This document shows positions 42,358 to 55,641 of a stretch of 64,000 bases of DNA, in pieces (within the stretch, counting starts at the first letter, position 1; every line of letters starts with the position of its first letter). Position numbers and translations under genes: made by a program. The DNA is from the human T2T-CHM13v2.0 reference genome, Homo sapiens, in the NCBI RefSeq assembly GCF_009914755.1, contig NC_060928.1. The stretch is one strand, 5' to 3'. The notes beneath the pieces were generated by a model that searched no databases, was not told the origin of the DNA, and saw only the letters and a list, made by a program, of their open reading frames with translations.

Positions 42358-42989
42358 CTAAATAGCTCTATCTGTGACCACAATGTTTGCAACCATCAGT
42401 AGTTTTTAGAAGGTGTCCAGTTTCCCACGGGAATATAAGGAAATTGGAATTATTAAACCAAACGATAAGAGAGATGGGAAGAAAGCCACAGTCCTCCGCC
42501 CCCGAAGTCCAGCAAATTTGAACTTCTTTGTGCAACTGTTATAAAGATGCCAAGCCCCTCAGAGATTGGCAATCAGGAAAAGGAAGAGGACGAGGAAAGG
42601 AAAGAGCGTCCAGCGAGTCAGAGTCAGCTGAGTAAGGGCGCCATCCATCACCAGTGCTTCCTGGGCAGCCCGCATCGTTGGAGTCACAGAGGGCACGGGC
42701 TCCAGCCAGCCAAGGTCAGAGGAAAAAAACAACCTGGGCTTTGCTTTATTAGTTAAGTGAACGAGTCCTTAAGAGTATTGATGTATTGACTAATGATTCC
42801 AACATCCAGCCTGCTGAGTGCTCGCATGTTTAAAGGGCAAGAGTTACAAATCAACAACTTATTAATTTAATTCCTCTTTGAAAAGGTGCCAAAGATAGAG
42901 AAAGCAGAAAGAGAGGAGAGTTTACCATGTTTTCTGCAATATCACCTCCCCCTTCTCCTCTCTTAGCTAGTGAATAATCATAAACACCA

Positions 42990-43140
42990 GCTTATTTAAG
43001 TGCAGATTCCTGGGCCCCACATTCAGGTATTTGTATTAGGTGATGGTTTGAGCCAGGGAATTTGTATTTCTTTACTTATCACCTCCAGCACCAAGGGATT
43101 GTGGTGCAAGTGGGGAGCAAACCATTTTGAGAAACACTAT
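42990..43140. mobile_element. MER5-like hAT fragment
   Basis: 'tgcagattcctgggccccac...ccagggaatttgtatt...ttttgagaaacact'. Confidence 0.65.
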
Positions 43141-43154
43141 TTGTAAGAGCTGAT

Positions 43155-43885
<731 letters not shown>

Positions 43886-44118
43886 TCTTTTCTATTCTAC
43901 AATTTTATTAGATCTTCATTCTAAAGATCCAGGGTAAATGTTTTAAGGGCAAAACTAGGAAACAAACACAGGGGAAAATCAAAGAGTGATTCATCACATC
44001 AAAATCCAACCCTGCTTTCAGATATGGTAATAAAAACACCTTAAAATAGAATAGGTCTCTTGGACTTTCTTCGCACAGAAAGATGACACCATAGATCTCT
44101 GCATGCCTTGGTGCCAAA

Positions 44119-44304
44119 CTAATACAATACAGTAAGTGTAAGACTCGGGTAAAATGTAAAGTAAACACTAAAGATGGGTAGGTCAATTACCCCCAGAGTA
44201 TTAATTAAAGGCCCTTCTCAGGCCACTAGAAATACAAAGGAATCTGTCACAGAGACAAGAAAAGGGAACTGCAACCAACTCTTAAGAAATAGCCCATACC
44301 GGTT
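44119..44304 (+). repeat. Dispersed direct duplication, copy 1 (probable donor), 186 bp
   Basis: Matches 46956-47141 with 5 substitutions and no indels by manual alignment. Confidence 0.95.
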
Positions 44305-44600
44305 GGGCGCAGTAGCTCACCCCTGTAATCTTAGCACTTTGGGAGGCCGAGGTGGATGGATCACCTGAGGTCAGGAGTTCGAGACCAGCCTGGCCAATAT
44401 GGTGAAACCCTGTCTCTACTAAAAATACAAAAATTAGCTGGGCGTGGTGGCGGGCGCCTGTAATCCCAGCTACTTGGGAGGCTGAGGCAGGAGAATCACT
44501 TGAACCCAGGGGGCAGAGGTTGCAGTGAGCAGAGATCATGCCACTTCACTCCAGCCTGGGCAAAAGAGAGAAAAATCCATCTAAAAAGAAAAGAACAAAA
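44301..44600 (+). mobile_element. AluS (Sx/Sq-like)
   Basis: Full Alu; TSD aa(g/a)aatag(c/t)ccatacc. Confidence 0.95.
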
Positions 44601-44619
44601 ATAGTCCATACCATATACC

Positions 44620-44928
44620 GGCCAGGCGCGGTGTGGCTCACACCTATAATCCCAGCACTTCGGGAGGCCGAAGTGGGCAGATCACTTGAGGTCAGGAGTT
44701 AAGAGACCTACCCACCTGGCCAACATGGTGAAACCCCGTCTCGTCTAAAAATACAAAAAATTAACTGGGCTTGGTGGTGTGAGCCTGTAGTCCCAGCTCC
44801 TAGGGAGGCTGAGGCAAGAGAATCACTTGAAGCTTGGGGGTGGAGGTTGCAGTAAGCAGAGACAGCGCCACTGCACTCTACCCTGGGTGACAGAGCTAGG
44901 CTCTATCTCAAAAAAAGAAAGAAACAAA
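44620..44928 (+). mobile_element. Older Alu (Sz/J-like), tandem with the previous one
   Basis: ggccaggcgcgg...ggcagatcacttgaggtcagg...; more diverged; followed by aaagagcccatacc. Confidence 0.92.
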
Positions 44929-46493
44929 GAGCCCATACCTAGAGTTTACATGGTCATCTTCACACCTCCCTGGGCTCCAGTGACCAGTATTCAGAAATCA
45001 CTGCCCTCAGCCCTATTGCAGGAAGCCTCTGCATTCTTCACAGGAAGGAAAAATAAGCATGGGAACGTTCCCTGCGACCAGCTTGATGCACAGGGGCTCG
45101 GGCTGCGCTGGCAGCAGTCTCAGCTCCACAAGCCCTGCTGGAGATGGCACTAAGGGCACCTCCTCACACCAGCTCCTGTGATCATGAGGATGCCCCAGCC
45201 TCCAAGAGAAGGGCCATTTTCCGTCTGGTAAATGTGTCCATGTCCCTTTCTGTGGAGAAAAAAGCATCTCCAACTCTCTTCTTTCTCTGTAAGCTAAATC
45301 AGCTTCACACCAGCAGAGAGCAGTTGACAACCGACTCTAGGGTTCAGCTCTTTGCACGTGGCTGTCTACAGTCACTCTGGGGATAATCCAATTTGACTTT
45401 GGAGAAACAAAGAGAAGGGGCATTCATCTGAGAGAGCTCAGGAATAGAATCTCTCATTCACCTTTCCAGCCACACTGGCCTTGCTGCCCCATGGACACTC
45501 CAAACACATTCCCACCTTTGTGCTTGCCACTTTCTCCATCTAGAATATTCTTCCCCAAACCTTCACAGGGTTCCTGCCTCAGCTTCCTGCACGCCCCTGC
45601 TCCAGTGTTCCCCTGGAGAAACTTCCTCTCTAAATCAGCTACCCCCATTCAGGCACTCTCTAACCCCTTGTCCCATTTTATTTTTCTTCAAAGGCCTTAT
45701 CTCCGCATGGAAGTCTAATAATTGTTGTTCCTGCCTAACAGGATATCTACAGAGGACTTTGTGATAAGAGCTGGGACCTGGAGAATAGGAATGTGATTGT
45801 GCAGATTTTCTTTCCGCGAAGTGCCATTTAAAAACAATCAGTACACAAAAAGGCATCAATATGGAAAATACACATGATACTAAGTTAATAAAGATGTGAG
45901 TTACAAAGTAGCACACCTCACTTATAAACTACATTGGAAAGGACTGGGAAGAAGTAGAGGAATATCGAATTTAAATAATGGAAAAATAAGTAATAGTTTT
46001 TACTTTTCAAAATATAAAATGCTACTTTATGTTACTTTATTAATTTTAAGAATGCATTTAAGAAAATAAATACATAATTTATAAGCCAACCAAATCAAAT
46101 AAATAAATCAAAGAATTTTGTAACAATCTGGAAAGAAAAGAGAATGTGTGGTCTAATACCCTCAATTGCCAGATGAAGAAATTGAGCCTCAAAGGGAAGT
46201 GAGTGGCCCAACATTATACTCTAGGTTAGTCAATGAAAAGACAGGGTGAAAAGAAGTTGGACTCCAGGCCGGTGCTTTTCCCAATGCATTATGTTCCATA
46301 TTCAGTCAAAGAAAGGAGTCATAAAGGGAGCTGGACATAGGGAAAAAAATCTGACATATTCCACTGACATGTTAACTGATAAAACATACAAAAACGTCCT
46401 GTCTTGGTAACAGCACCAAGACTATTATCTCATTCCCTGTATTAATCAGATCTTAAAATCTTGAACCAAAAATGGGCCTGTGTTGTTTGCAGA

Positions 46494-47187
46494 GTATGGC
46501 AAATTGTATTTTCCAAACATGGCCACATTAATACACATAATATCCCACACGCTTTTCTTACAAGGTGGTGTAGATATTCCCATATCAATGGGTATAGGAG
46601 GCTCTGTTTCTTCCCCCTAAACCTGGCTGGACTTTTGTGACAACCTTGCCAAACAGAACCTGAAAGAAGTGATACCTTCAGGGACTAGGTGCTGAAAGAT
46701 AATATGACTGCTGTCTGGCACAGCGTCTCTCAGAGGCTTAGCCCTTGGAACCCAGCCTCCATGCTGTGGGGAAGTCCAAGGCACAGTCAGGAGCCAACAT
46801 CAACTGCCAGACATGGGAATGAGCAAGCCCTCATTGCATTCCAATGCTCAGCCTTGGAAACACCCGCAGGTAACACTGAGGGAAGAAGAGATGAGCTAAC
46901 CTGCGGAGCCCTGCCCAGATCACAGATTAATACTCATCACAGATTAATACACAATCTAATACAATACAGTAAGTGTAAGACTCAGGTAAAATTTAAAGTA
47001 AACACTAAAGATGGGTAGGTCAATTACCCCCAGAGTATTAATTAAAGGCCCTGCTCAGGGCACTAGAAATACAAAGGAATCTGTCACAGAGACAAGAAAA
47101 GGGAACTGCAATCAACTCTTAAGAAATAGCCCATACCGGTTATAGAACATTATAAATGTTCTTTCATGCCAATAGAAAACAGGAACA
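46494..47187 (+). mobile_element. MLT1H-like LTR disrupted by a 186-bp templated insertion
   Basis: Start 'tatggcaaattgtattttccaaacatggcc...atatcccaca'; LTR-like end 'caatagaaaacaggaaca'. Confidence 0.65.
46956..47141 (+). repeat. Dispersed direct duplication, copy 2 (insertion), 186 bp
   Basis: 97% identical to 44119-44304. Confidence 0.95.
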
Positions 47188-48455
47188 ACTAGAGAACCAC
47201 TAAGGTACAGGATAGCAGTGCCCAGGTTTGTAGTGTTTTCTAGGTAAAGAAGGATTCCAGGAGATATAGCTACTTAAAGAATCATTAACTTGAGATGGTA
47301 AAGAGGGCTCTTTAAAATGTAGAAATAAGAACCAGTAATTCATCGGCAAAAGATGATAATAGCACCAAGATTTCAAGGTGGTAGTTGGGAGCAATGGTGA
47401 AGAAGTGATCTATAATCAAATAGCTGCACTCCAAGACACTTCAAGACAATGAAGTCCAAGGGTGAAAAATGTCGGGCATTCATATCCAAGTGGATATGAA
47501 TATCCTCCTATGCACATAGAAGATATCAACAATCCATGACAACATTCTATCCCTAACCTAACCTGACCACTTCAAAAACAATCCACTAGCATCTGTTGGA
47601 GCTGTCACATAAAATGAAATCCATTTGCTATCCCTGATAAAGTCCAGACCTCTCAAATTACCAAAGCCCAGAAAGATTGTCATTATAAAGCCCTACAGTA
47701 GTTACATATGCATTTTCCACACCTTTCTTTTAATCACATTAGACTCGTTTATCTTAGTGATTTAAGTGGACCTTAATAGATTATCTATTCTAGTTTTATC
47801 TTCAAGAGAGTAGGTATCACCCATTTTATTTTACTTTTGCGTCAGTTGAGCCTGAGTAATGATAACAGGCTTACCCATAGTTTCTGTGCTTTAATATCTC
47901 AGGCAAGAACAGGGACCAGACCTCTAAATTTGGGGACTCCTGATAGGACAAAGGTATTATTACTCAAAAACTTTTTTATTGTTCCAACATCACATTCTCA
48001 GGTTCCAGGGGCAGCATTGTCAGAATGCAAATTAACATCTGCTGACGGGGGTGTATTTTGCTGATTAAAATGCACAGCAAATACTATTCTCTGTATAAAC
48101 TCTTAATATCAGAGAGGTCAGAGTCATCACCCCCACCCAACCCCTTCTGCCACCCCAGACAGTCATTCAGCACTGGAATCAAAGTCTGGTGGCAGAATCT
48201 TAAGGCAAAGCAAAACGAATATTCACTCAGGCAGATGGGAAAAGTTGCAGATTGTGTGAATGGATTTGTCTCTCCTCCTCTTTCACCCACACTTCTCCTT
48301 TCAAAGGATGAAGACTGAAGTGATTGCAACCATGCAGAGTATAACACAGAAGCACTTGTTATTCACATAGGACACCAATTGCCAAAGACCTTTATCTCAG
48401 TGCCTTTCGTTAGCCCAGTCTTTTAACTGTTTTTAGGATCTGTTTCTTCTCATAG

Positions 48456-48692
48456 GATGATGATGACGATAATGGTGGTCATGGTGTTGGTAATGATGTT
48501 GGTGATAACGATGATGATGCTGTTGACAATGATTTTGGTGATGATGATGATGTTGATGAAGATGATAATGAAGAGGAAGACGTTACTGGTGATGATGATG
48601 CCGGTGATGAGAATGATTTTAATGAAGATTATGATGAAGATGATGACATTATTGGTGATGATGATGCTGGTAGATGATGTTGATGATGATGA
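48456..48692 (+). repeat. Degenerate (GAT)n trinucleotide repeat, about 240 bp
   Basis: gatgatgatgacgataatggtggt...; explains the Met-rich ORF 48457-48759; abuts the 3' end of an antisense MIR. Confidence 0.92.
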
Positions 48693-48694
48693 AT

Positions 48695-48945
48695 GGTGCT
48701 ACCATTTGCCAGACACCATGCTAAGTGCCTCAGTGGTTCATAAAGTTTCCTTCAGTTAATTCTCAACAATGCTATGAGGTGGGCATCATTATTGTTATTA
48801 TTATTATTTTAATTATCCCCATTCATCAGGTGAGGAAGCTGGGGCCTAGAGAAGTTAAGTAACTGCCCAAAGACACACAGTAGTAAAATGTTTTAAATTA
48901 GAAATTAAGCTCAGGCAGGCCAGTTCTAAGGGCAGAATTCTAGTA
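48695..48945 (-). mobile_element. MIR
   Basis: 'tgccagacaccatgctaagtgc...ctcaacaatgctatgaggtgggc...gagaagttaagtaactgcccaa'. Confidence 0.8.
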
Positions 48946-50284
48946 CACAAATGCAAAAGTCATAAAAAAAAAAAAAACTCAGAAATGCTCGAAGTTTTGG
49001 GAAAGGTGCTATGCTGACCCGTCAGACATGGAGGTGATAATATCAGACAACTTTCTTCAGAAATGAGGGTTGTTTGGAAGAGAAAATTAAATCATGGGTG
49101 TGAAGGTGCTTCTAAAACAACTATGTTATATGAACACTATGGAACAGTATTAATTCATCTAATTCCAGTAACACCAATACAAGGCAGTTACTGCTACTAT
49201 CAACGTGCATTTACAAATGAGGCAACAGACTCATCTTCAGTTAGATGACTTGGCTGAGGCATGGTCGACCTGAAATCCAAGCGCAGAGAGTTCAGTACTT
49301 GGGCCTGAAATCAAAACCACTGCACCATGGGTGTTTCTAAAATTATGACTATTATTGAGTTACGAGCTTCTTACGTCACAAAAGTACAGTTCACGTGCTT
49401 CATTTTTTGAGTTTGGAGCTGGTCATACCAATACGTAGATGTTCACTTTACCCAGTGATATTTTTGGTCGCCTTCCATCTTAAGTATTTGAGGAACATCC
49501 TGCTGTTTTAGGTTGCAAATTTGGAAGTGATCTAGAAAGTCAATGTGGTGATCCAAAAACAACACTCAGGATGTTCCTTGAGCCTGTTTTCCTACTTGCA
49601 GTATTTTCTTAGCCATGTATCTCAGTCTTTGGGGACTTGTTCTTTCAGCGTGATGGTGACATGAGCCTATGTGAGTGGGTGGCCATGGTGGGATGCCAGC
49701 CAGCAGCAACCCCAAATGCTTTATTGGAAGAAGCAGCCATTGTGTTTTGTACAAGGCAGCTGCAGAGGCGATCCACGACATTCAGAGGTGAAGGAAGGAG
49801 ATGCAGAAGATGCCGTGGATTCAGTGTTTGGAAGACTAACCATAACCATATCAATAGGAGGGAATAGTGAGAAAGCCCAGGAGCCTGCCACATGGACGAA
49901 TTCAGTAGGCAACAGGACTCGCTGCATTCATTACACAAAAAGGAGCGAAGGCTTATCCAGATCCAGAGATGGTTAGAATTGGAAGGAAGTTTAAATGTCA
50001 TATTAGTCCAACTTCCGTATCTTACAGATAAGAAAAGTGGTGGCCAGAAGGGGAAGTGGCTCTTAAAAATCACAAAGCTAATTAGGGGCTCTGCAATCCT
50101 GCTGAAGGGGTGTGTATGTGTGGCCTTACCCAGAGCATATGGGGACCTGCGGTCACCCCCACTCCCCTTAACATCCCTCTTTACCAGGTATAAAAGCCCT
50201 CTCTGATCTGGCCTCACCATCTCTGCAGCCTCCCTCCCTTCTTGTGTCCACTCCATACCCACAACACTCACTTCCTTGCATTCT

Positions 50285-50604
<320 letters not shown>

Positions 50605-50688
50605 TAAACCCAAAAAGCCTATCTCTGATTTAGACCTGCATACACTGCTTCCTCTGGCAAATGAGTGAGACCCATATGTTGCACTCAG

Positions 50689-51835
50689 CAGTGTGTTGCA
50701 GCTCTCCTATTGCTAAATTTTCAGAAATTTTGTGAGACAGCCTCTAACTTCCAATTAAACAAATCATACTGAAAGCAAAGGTAATAACTAGTCCAAAATT
50801 CCTAATTATTTTGCTACATGTTACTATTATTGGTGCCCTTGGGGTTATTTATGTCTGTTGCATGATGGAAATACTGTATAATGGTGTGTGTCTTTTCTCA
50901 ACCCCACACTTTGAATATATGTAGCTTCAAATGAGCCATAGTGGGAGTATTTACTACAGAAATTGGCAAATGCTAAAATGCAGGGCTTGAGTTTTTATTT
51001 TGTTGACTGTGTAGATTTAAGAAAGTGATGCAAAAATGTTAATAATATGAATTAAGTATGAAAGTTTGCATGCCTGAAGCTGTAACATAATGAGTGGCAG
51101 AAAATTTGAGGAAATATTCTTCCAGTATTCGAGAAGTATTATCCAATTCAGGAGAGCAGTGACTCATGTCACTGATGAATGAATGAAGTTCAAATATTCA
51201 TCTCTGTTGTTTCATTGTCTTCTTAATCATTAATGTAAAAGAAAATATCAGCCAACATTCATGTCAAAACCACTCTTTCTTTTTTTTTTTTTTTTTGAGA
51301 CAGACTCTCGCTCTGTCACCCAGGCTGGAGTGCAGTGGCACGATCTCAGCTCACTGCAACCTCCGCCTCCCAGGTTCAAGCAATTTCCCCTGCCTCAGCC
51401 TCCCAAGTACCTGGGATCACAGGCGCCCACCACCACGCCCAGCTAATTTTTGTATTTTTTAGTAGAGAAGGGGTTTTGCCATGTTGGCTAGGCTGGTCTT
51501 GAATTCCTGACCGCAGATGATCCGCCCACCTCGGCCTCCCAAAGTGCTGGGATTACAGGTGTGAGCTACCGCGCCCAGCCCACATCAGAACTACTCTTAT
51601 TCATCAATGAAAATTACATTTGGGCTATGACTATAAGAGTTCAGCAGAAATCAATGAAAGCATTTTGGGAGAATTAATTGGCTATACAGAATTTATAATA
51701 AAAAATATTGTATATTTTATTATTATCCATAAACTGTAAACTATATATCTTTCTATTAGTAAAACTTATAATAAGCGTATGTATGTATATACACGCTCTT
51801 TTTTTTTAAAGACCCAATTGTTAAACATTTATCCA
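50689..51835. mobile_element. Long MER63-like hAT element interrupted by an Alu
   Basis: 'attgctaaattttcagaaattttgtgag', 'gtagcttcaaatgagccatagtgggagtattt...gaaattggcaaatgcta', end 'ttgttaaacattta' (reverse complement of motifs at 15569 and 30743). Confidence 0.65.
51276..51581 (-). mobile_element. AluSx-like
   Basis: Antisense Alu; degenerate TSD tcaaaaccactctt / tcagaactactctt. Confidence 0.95.
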
Positions 51836-53389
51836 TAGAGCTCTCATTTCTGTATTTTGCATGGGTCTCTACTCAGGGACGTCTTCTTTGACCACGTTAT
51901 CTAAAGTAGTGTCCATCATATGTCTCTATCCTGTGACTGTATTTTTCTTCATATTATTTTTATTCTTTTATCTTTATTTTTTATTTTTTATCTTTATTTT
52001 TCTTCACCACAAATGAATACCTGAACTTCAATCATTCATCCATAACATGAGTTACTGCTCCTCAGAATTGAATAAAACTTTTCAAATACTACTTAATGCT
52101 ATGGCATATATATATTTGTTTACTTGTTTATTGTATGGTTCCTTCAACTGAATTGTAAGTTCTATTCTGGTTAAAAGAATCTTTGTTGTTATCACTGCTT
52201 CTTTTTCTCTTGTGCTGAGAATGGATGACTGGCATAAAGCAGATACTTAACAACAAAAAAAAAGTTTTTAAAGAATGAGAGCAATAGACCTTCTCAGATT
52301 CTCAGGTAAATTCATGGCATCTTTTATTATAAGTCAGTGTAGGCAGGACTCTCAATCCCTTTCATACTGTTACAATCAAAAATAATATTTGCAAATAGTT
52401 TAGAAATCAGTATAAGGCAGAAACAAACCAGAGAAAAGATTTCACAGCCATGACTATTAATTAACTTTCAGTATGTTTTAGCAAAAGATGACAAGATCAG
52501 AAAATATGTTTCCTTGAGCTCTGCAAGCAAAGCAAGAAAAGCAAAAGATCCACTATATTCAAAGCAAGGCTGTCCAGATCATTGTCGGGGAGCCCACGTG
52601 CTTCTAAGTCCAATTCTAAGAGTCCCATTGACAGCCCAGTGACAGGGGAAAGCAATCAGATAAGGAAAATGCTCACCATCTAATGGGGGTTCAAAAAGGC
52701 CAAGTGGCAGGGTGGTAAAGATGCTGTGAAGGAGAATGGTGTATCGGGCATTTCCTCTGCATTTGAGAAACAGCTGAGCACCCTGGGAATATTTAGCCCA
52801 GGGTGCTATATTTAGCAATGAGAAGACCTGGAGCCTTGGGATGATAAGCTCCTCATATTTGGATAGTGGAGGTCTCTCCTGTAGAAGAGAGAATGAACTT
52901 ATTTTGTACAAGTTCAGAAAAGGGCTGGTGAATGATAGTGACTAAGAGACAAACTTGACTTTAATTTTTTTACATTTCTTTTAACTAGAACCCTAAGTCA
53001 ATAAGATGGATTGCCTCAAAATGGAGTGGGCTGCCTATCACTGAAAGTGCTGGAGCACAGGACAGGGTTGAGCTAGAACCTGGAAAAGAGAACCTGGCAT
53101 TCGGCCTGGGGTTAACCTTGACGGTGTTAATGGTCTCTATTCACCAGTTGATCTTATGACAAAAAAAAAAATGTTCTTTGTCCTTAGGCTTTCTATTCTT
53201 CTACTTTATTCCTTAAAAAATTCAACAAAGAAAAACCAAATTATTCCAATTCCTAAAGAGTTTTCTAAAACAAGGAGTATTTTGGCATTTCTTAATATTG
53301 TTTTTATATTTTATATTATTCTGCATATTTTTAGTCTTAAAACTTAGTATTTGAGAAAACAGCATTGGTGGCAAAGTTTTTTTTCATGA

Positions 53390-53765
53390 TCCTATTGACG
53401 TATAATGTGTAAATCACAAAATTCATGTGTTTTAATTTTTAGTAAATTGCCCAAGTCATAACAATCATCACCACAACCAGTTTCAGTGTTTCAGCAGGTT
53501 TTCATGATCCCAACATGGTCTCTCATGTCAATTGCAGGAATTACTGTTTCCATCCACGTAATCTACAATATGTGGTGTTTTGTGAAAGGCTTCTTCTATT
53601 TAGCATAATGTTTTTGAGGCTCGTCCACGCTGTAGCAATGGATCCAAATTTCATCCTTTTATGGTCCCTATTGTACTGATATATCACATTTTGTTTATCC
53701 AGTCATCGCTTAACAGACATTTGGGGTTACTTCTGCTTTTTGACTGTTACGAACAATGATAGCAT
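53390..53765 (-). mobile_element. Old L1M 3' fragment
   Basis: 'ggcttcttctatttagcataatgtttttgaggctcgtccacgctgtagca...cacattttgtttatccagtcatc...gacatttggg'. Confidence 0.8.
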
Positions 53766-55588
53766 CATTTAAAAATATCTCCAACTCCCTACACAAACTC
53801 CAAACCAAAAACTCGTGGAAAACATTTATAACAAAATTAGATGATAAGATCATCATGGCAATGCATAGGCTGGAAAATAGGCAGATCTTAAGATTCAGTT
53901 TTATATTATATTTAATAAATAAATAGAATATATTTTAAAGTGAGAAAGAAGGTTACAAGACAAGAAGTACAGAAAAATCCCGTGTCTATATTTATCTATA
54001 AGTTCATTAATTCTAAGATGCACATTTTTTCCAATATCAATCTGATGTCTCAATGCATGTTTTACAATTAGACTATGATTTACCCTCTCTGTCAAGCCAT
54101 CATTGTCATTGTACATGTACAAATATTCAAAGCAGAAGCATCATAATTTGCAGAATGGGTGCGAATGGTTTGGAAGAAAAGGAGGGACAGATAGATCACT
54201 CTTTCTCCTCTCAATCAAATAGTTGAGGGTAAGAGTCAGGGAGAGTGCGCATCCAACAAGATTCGCTACATTCCTGAAAATCAAATTCAAAATTAGGCAA
54301 GCTCTACCTAATGCAAAGCCTGCTCAGAGACCTGCATCATGTCTGTTTTCTAAAAGTATTATTTTGAAGAATGCCATCTCACCAACATCCTTGGTGGCAC
54401 AAAGGTTATACTACGTGGAAAATCGTGGACAACCATGAGTTGAAGAACAATTCTAAACCATTAGACCCTGAGTGTAAGTCTTAGTAATACCTAACCAATG
54501 TATTTCATTTATAGCCTTGTTTATGTATGCACAAGAGTGGCACTTGACAAAAATTGGTCCAATTATGTTTTTAAAAAGCTCTTTCAATTTTTTCAATAAA
54601 ACAAAAATTATATTTGAAAAGAAAAGGGGACCTGACATCCCAAAATACAAGCCAGTGGAACAAACCACTACAGCCATAGACATGTATGTTATCAGGGTCT
54701 AGGCAGGAAGGAAGCTAGAGAACATCTGATAGACCAGAAAATCAGGGAATCAAAAACAGCCAACAAGTATTCACTGGACAGCAAGGCAGGCCAGTCTGAG
54801 AATCAATAGCAGCTGGGGAAACATAGTGTCTGGGGAAACATAAGAGAATTAATACCAAAAAAGTCAATTAAGACTATACAAGGAAAGGGGTTATCATCAG
54901 GGTAGGGTTTCTGGGGCTGGCAAAATCTGATCTGGGTGGTAATCAGATAACCTCATTTGATGTCTTAAGCTATACAAAATTAATTTATCAATTGAAAAAT
55001 AAATTTTTAAAGATTACCATGCTACTGGATAAAAAGCAGATCCTGTGGCCTACTCCGGACCAACTGAATCAAAGAGTTCAGAGTGAAGCCAAGGAATACT
55101 AAAGAACATTAAAGCTCATGGAGAAGAAAAAAGAAAAAGAAAACTTATGATCAATTTTACTTAAAATTATTTTTAAAAATCAACTGCATTTTAGAGTGAA
55201 TCATCTGTCTAGTCACTAGAAAAATTTCTTCCAATTTTATAAAAGAAAGTTTTGACCAATAGAAGAGTCTCTATCTAGAGTTATCTGATGTAGACTGAGC
55301 TGGAGGAGGCATGACGGTTATTCTCAGCAATGACTCAGAGCCCTCCACCAGAAGAGCTGCTGCAGAGCGAAGAGACATTCCTTTATGTAAGCAGACGGCC
55401 AAGGATAGGCCGTCTCCAGGGACCACCAGCCAAAGGCATGGTATAACTGCTGGGGATGATATTTGCCTTATGAAAGTCACATTCACAATAGCGACATCAT
55501 TGTCCATATAGAGAGCTTTAGCTTCCACAAAATACCCTCTATCCTTCTCCTTCCACTCCTATTTGATTCTTAGAACCCTGGATAGCAG

Positions 55589-55641
55589 GCATTATAGGAA
55601 GTAGGAATGCATTATAGGAAGTAGGAATGCATTATAGGAAG
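55589..55641 (+). repeat. Minisatellite, 20-bp unit x2.6
   Basis: gcattataggaagtaggaat repeated perfectly. Confidence 0.92.

Noticed and set aside
45134-45152. CTCF-like motif ctgctggagatggcac
   Set aside because: Several mismatches in the core; cannot be supported without ChIP data.
48457-48759. Met/Val/Leu-rich 100-aa ORF resembling a membrane peptide
   Set aside because: Product of the (GAT)n simple repeat and an adjacent MIR.
49645-50271. Longest ORF in the track (208 aa, minus strand)
   Set aside because: No recognisable domain, non-ATG start, overlaps apparently repeat-derived sequence and lacks supporting splice structure; consistent with chance.
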